DNA of 64,000 nucleotides, taken from an uncultured Bacteroidota bacterium (GTDB lineage Bacteria > Bacteroidota > Bacteroidia > UKL13-3). Shown here in pieces: positions 60,498-64,000 of this stretch (the first letter of the stretch is position 1; each line of letters opens with the position of its first letter). The notes beneath the pieces are model-generated. The model was not told where the DNA came from. It saw nothing but the letters and a program-made list of their open reading frames with translations, and ran no database searches. The translations under genes and the position numbers were made by a program. The DNA lies in contig CAISCU010000006.1 in the NCBI GenBank assembly GCA_903883965.1, forward strand, positions 4,103 to 68,102. Reading direction: 5' to 3'.

Positions 60498-62831
60498 TTA
60501 CTTCACTTTCACTTTCATTACTTCTGTTAAGGTTACTGCAAAAGGAATTCCAGCGGCTGTTACATGATTATTTTTTGCTTTTATTTCTTTGAATTTTTCT
60601 AATTCTTTAAAATTAAAACTTGCTCCTTTAAAATCATTGCATTCTTCTTTTTCTATTTCAATTACTAAATAATAGTCTTTAAGGTCGCCGGTTTTGTAAC
60701 CAATTAAGCTTGTGCCTTTATAAACTTTGGGTCCTTTCCTTTTTATTTTGAAAACTCTATTTGCGGTATCTTTTCCTGATTCTCTAAGTAGTAAATATTT
60801 TGCATTAACAACATTGTTTTCCAAACTTAACGACCCTTTGTCGTCATCCATCCTGAAATTATATTTCCCTTCTTTTTTGTACCAATCTATATTCGAACTA
60901 TTCTTGCAGTAGCCAACTAAAACAAATGTTTCATCTGGAATCAATTTTTCGTTTTTCGCTAAGTCTAAATATTCAGGCATTGGCTCGTTTAGAATATTTG
61001 TATCGTCCTTTTGATATTTGTGTATATCGTAAATTTTAACAGCAGTATGTTCTCTTTGAGAGGCTCTGTCAATAAAGTTTGCAATTACTTTTCTAATGAA
61101 AGTTTTTAATTGTTCTTTATCCTTATCGTCTTTATTGGGTTTAATTACAAAAGCACCTAAACCAGGTATCAATTCATGAAAGCCTCTAAATGGTTCATCC
61201 TTGCCTTCTCCAGGATATAAAACATAGGCTCCACCTGTTCTTCTAATTGCATCTTTATAGGCATGCATTTTCAGTAAGTCCTGATTTTTAACTGTTCCTT
61301 TCTTTACTTCCTCTTCTTCATCTTTTATGAGTTCCTTGTTTTCTTCTTCTGTCAACTCTTCGCCTTTAGATTTAGTAATTAATTTATAAAAATCTTTGAC
61401 TTTGTATTTTGCATCAAAATGAATGTGGGTTATTAATTCTGTCTTTTCAGCCTCTTTAGCTTCTTTTATTTCTTCAGGCCAAATAGATAAAGTAAAATCA
61501 GGCCGAAGGGTTGTAGTATAACTTCCTGCATTCGGAAAGGTTTTACCACCACCAAAAGAACGATTATAGGAGAACTGAATATTCAAATTTCTAGCGGTTG
61601 ATTTATAAACACCTTTCATTGCTATTGCCGTTCCTTGTTTTAAGTTAAGCGATAATTGTCCTTTGTCATATTGTATCAATTCTGCAATACTTTTTGGCTC
61701 AATCTCAAACACTTCTTTTAACAAGTCAAGTAGTGTAAAAAACAACCAATACTCGTATAGCGTGGCTATATCTTTTTTTCCAGCATCGTAAACATTGTCG
61801 CCACCATGCCAGATTAATTTGGCTGCTAAGTCAAATTTTAGCCAGGCATTTAAAACTTCTCTATAGCCGCTTTTTCTTTGAAGTACTGGGCTGTTTAGTT
61901 TTAAAGAGGTAGGTCTTGAAATTTCCTTAAAAAAAGATTGATTTAGTAAAGTAGATATTTTTGTTGCGAGCAGTCCTGATTCAAATTTTGCGGTCGAATA
62001 ATTTTCAAATTTCAATTCGCAATTTTCGCAGAAAAAAAGAAATTCTTCTAAAGCATGTTTAATAAAACGATTTTCGGATGTATCTATAGATTCTGTTTTT
62101 CTTGTACTATCTATTTTGGATGGAATAGAAGCTAATCCGAAATTCCTATTTAAAAAGTGATCACTACTTATTTCTATTCGCTTACTTTTGGCAACCAATT
62201 GTTTTATGTTTTTTTGATTAAATCTTTTTATTCTACGAATATCTTTTACATCATGTTCCTCTTCCCATTTGGTGGTAGGATTGGAAACTATTTTTTGTAT
62301 TGATTCTTCAAATTCTTGCGAGTCAATCAATGATTTTACAAAAGAAAATCGTTGATATAAAGTTTGTGGGTTCTTATTGAAATCAGTTTCAAAATGTTGA
62401 GTAATTGGTGAATCAATTTGCATGATTAAATCAGTGCATCTTTCAGTGATGTACTCAAGCATGTAGCGGTAATCTGTTCTATAATCAGACTTAACTGATT
62501 GAACCTCCAATTTAATTTTATAGGGTTTTAGCAGTTCTTCTATATGAATGATTTCTAAAGTTAAAGCTCCTACATAAGTATTGGGTGAAATAATTCCTAT
62601 ATGGTGCTTTCTGCTGTGAGCTTGCACGTAATCTGTCTTTTCAAAGGCATATTGGGTGTTTGAAAATTCATAATCATAAAAGTAACCTTCTTTAAGTTGA
62701 TAGCTACTTTCCCCTTCTTTATCTGCATCTATAACTTCAAATAACGTATCAGGTTTTTTAGCATCTATGGTTAGTGATAAACCTTTTTCTATAAAATCTA
62801 GTGGTATCTTTATGGAAGTTAATGATGTCAT
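60498..62831 (-). CDS. McrC-like DUF2357 + PD-(D/E)XK nuclease
   Basis: DTSENRFIK, LYEYW, RPDF..FDAKY..DLLKMHAYKDAI. Confidence 0.85.
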   Translation of the reverse strand: MTSLTSIKIPLDFIEKGLSLTIDAKKPDTLFEVIDADKEGESSYQLKEGYFYDYEFSNTQYAFEKTDYVQAHSRKHHIGIISPNTYVGALTLEIIHIEELLKPYKIKLEVQSVKSDYRTDYRYMLEYITERCTDLIMQIDSPITQHFETDFNKNPQTLYQRFSFVKSLIDSQEFEESIQKIVSNPTTKWEEEHDVKDIRRIKRFNQKNIKQLVAKSKRIEISSDHFLNRNFGLASIPSKIDSTRKTESIDTSENRFIKHALEEFLFFCENCELKFENYSTAKFESGLLATKISTLLNQSFFKEISRPTSLKLNSPVLQRKSGYREVLNAWLKFDLAAKLIWHGGDNVYDAGKKDIATLYEYWLFFTLLDLLKEVFEIEPKSIAELIQYDKGQLSLNLKQGTAIAMKGVYKSTARNLNIQFSYNRSFGGGKTFPNAGSYTTTLRPDFTLSIWPEEIKEAKEAEKTELITHIHFDAKYKVKDFYKLITKSKGEELTEEENKELIKDEEEEVKKGTVKNQDLLKMHAYKDAIRRTGGAYVLYPGEGKDEPFRGFHELIPGLGAFVIKPNKDDKDKEQLKTFIRKVIANFIDRASQREHTAVKIYDIHKYQKDDTNILNEPMPEYLDLAKNEKLIPDETFVLVGYCKNSSNIDWYKKEGKYNFRMDDDKGSLSLENNVVNAKYLLLRESGKDTANRVFKIKRKGPKVYKGTSLIGYKTGDLKDYYLVIEIEKEECNDFKGASFNFKELEKFKEIKAKNNHVTAAGIPFAVTLTEVMKVKVK

Positions 62832-62836
62832 AAAGT

Positions 62837-63841
62837 CTAATTGTTTTTATTTTCAATTAGTTGTTGCAATTCTTTTTTACTTGGAAGAATCAATTCATAT
62901 TTACTTGCAAATACTTGGTTATTGTTTTCAGGTAAGGTAATTTCTACCAATGTGTCTTTTTTGTCTTTACATAGTATAATACCAATGGTTTTGTTTTCTT
63001 CTTCAAGTTTTACATATCTATCGTAGTAGTTTACATACATCTGCATCTGACCAAGATCTTGGTGTTTGAGCTTGCCAATTTTCAAATCAATGAGTACAAA
63101 ACATTTGAGCAAACGGTTATAAAATACCAAATCAACTCTATAGTGCTCCTCATCAAATGTAAATCGTTCTTGTCGACCAACAAACGTAAATCCTTTTCCC
63201 AATTCCAGAAGAAAATGCTCTAGTTTATTAATTAATTCTACCTCTAAGTCTGTTTCATTATATAAGTTTGATTCAGGCAGATTTAAAAATTCTAATATAT
63301 ATGGATCTTTAATGATATCACTTGCTGTTTCTACAATTTGTCCTTTTTTTGATAGTTCAATAACACCTTTTTTATCTTTACTCAACAACAATCTTTCATA
63401 TAGCGATGCATCAATTTGACGCTCAAGTTCCCTAACGGTCCAATTATTCTTTTCTATTTCAATTTCATAAAAACTGCGTTCTTCTTCATTGCTAATACGC
63501 ATTAAATGAAGATAATGAGACCATCCTATTGATTGCGAAAACGCTGTTTTCGCAATCTTATAAGTGATGTAGAATTTTCTTATGAGTTCTAGTTTTCTCT
63601 TGGAGAATCCTTTACCAAACTCCTTTGACAATTCATTGGAAAGTCTTTCTAATAAATAATCTCCGTAATTGGAGTAATGATTACCATCTTGCTCGTGTTC
63701 AACAATTCTTCTTCCAAGTTCATAATAAGTTTGAACCATTATTGAATTAACGGATTTGGTTACACCTAACTGAGCATCTTTTATTAATTGCTTAATTTGT
63801 GCTACAAACGAATTGGTTTTATCTTGAATTTCATTACTCAT
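62837..63841 (-). CDS. YhcG / DUF1016 PD-(D/E)XK nuclease family protein
   Basis: GWSHY, ER.FYEIE..W.VRELERQI, KDPYILEFL, VDLVFY..IDLK..DLGQMQMY. Confidence 0.92.
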   Translation of the reverse strand: MSNEIQDKTNSFVAQIKQLIKDAQLGVTKSVNSIMVQTYYELGRRIVEHEQDGNHYSNYGDYLLERLSNELSKEFGKGFSKRKLELIRKFYITYKIAKTAFSQSIGWSHYLHLMRISNEEERSFYEIEIEKNNWTVRELERQIDASLYERLLLSKDKKGVIELSKKGQIVETASDIIKDPYILEFLNLPESNLYNETDLEVELINKLEHFLLELGKGFTFVGRQERFTFDEEHYRVDLVFYNRLLKCFVLIDLKIGKLKHQDLGQMQMYVNYYDRYVKLEEENKTIGIILCKDKKDTLVEITLPENNNQVFASKYELILPSKKELQQLIENKNN

Positions 63842-63846
63842 ACTAA

Positions 63847-64000
63847 TTATGCTTCAGCGTAACTGGCAAAACCATTTTCTACTGCGTTTTTATACATCCT
63901 ACAAATTTTTTCAAATGAAATTTTGTATTTGATATTATCATTTGCTGCAATTTGCACTTCAGTTAACTCATTGTTTACGAATTTATCTAAGTAATCTTCT
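63847..64000 (-). CDS. C-terminus of a probable McrB-like AAA+ GTPase (partial)
   Basis: ..KYKISFEKICRMYKNAVENGFASYAEA*, a C-terminal pattern typical of McrB homologs paired with DUF2357 proteins; only ~50 codons visible. Confidence 0.65.
   Translation of the reverse strand, partial: EDYLDKFVNNELTEVQIAANDNIKYKISFEKICRMYKNAVENGFASYAEA

Noticed and set aside
2452-63026. Numerous 60-160 aa ORFs antisense to or nested in clear genes (e.g. 4699-5169, 8363-8686, 23912-24265, 37907-38278, 51817-52221)
   Set aside because: Shadow frames of well-supported CDSs with no recognisable motifs

Overview
AT-rich Bacteroidota chromosomal segment, judged from TAnnTTTG promoters, T9SS C-terminal domains and Bacteroidota-type DUFs. 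The centre (~1.1-58 kb) is mostly housekeeping and envelope genes: hbd-like, iscA, rpsT, radC, glyA, phoD, menD-menB, a flippase-dut-nucleotidyltransferase-TPR-DUF4292-envC operon, pspC-HK-RR-rpoN, five T9SS cargo proteins and a pump-less ars operon. Both ends look accessory. Left end: a partial GIY-YIG-like gene downstream of tRNA-Arg(CCT), whose 3' half is duplicated 108 bp away with a double-palindrome insert at the anticodon loop (att-like scar). Right end: three decayed genes (AI-2E fragment, Fic, N-formylglutamate amidohydrolase), then a McrB-like / YhcG / DUF2357-McrC-like restriction operon running off the window. The best candidates for something undescribed are a split LruC system (small lipoprotein plus a large Ig-rich cargo ending in LruC instead of a T9SS CTD), the tRNA att/palindrome structure, the YhcG-interrupted McrBC operon, a sigma54-type small membrane gene beside rpoN, an A7-tract frameshifted lipoprotein and an unannotated 41-aa ORF in the ars operon. 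No CRISPR array, rRNA, integrase or transposase was seen. All family calls come from motif recognition, not database searches.
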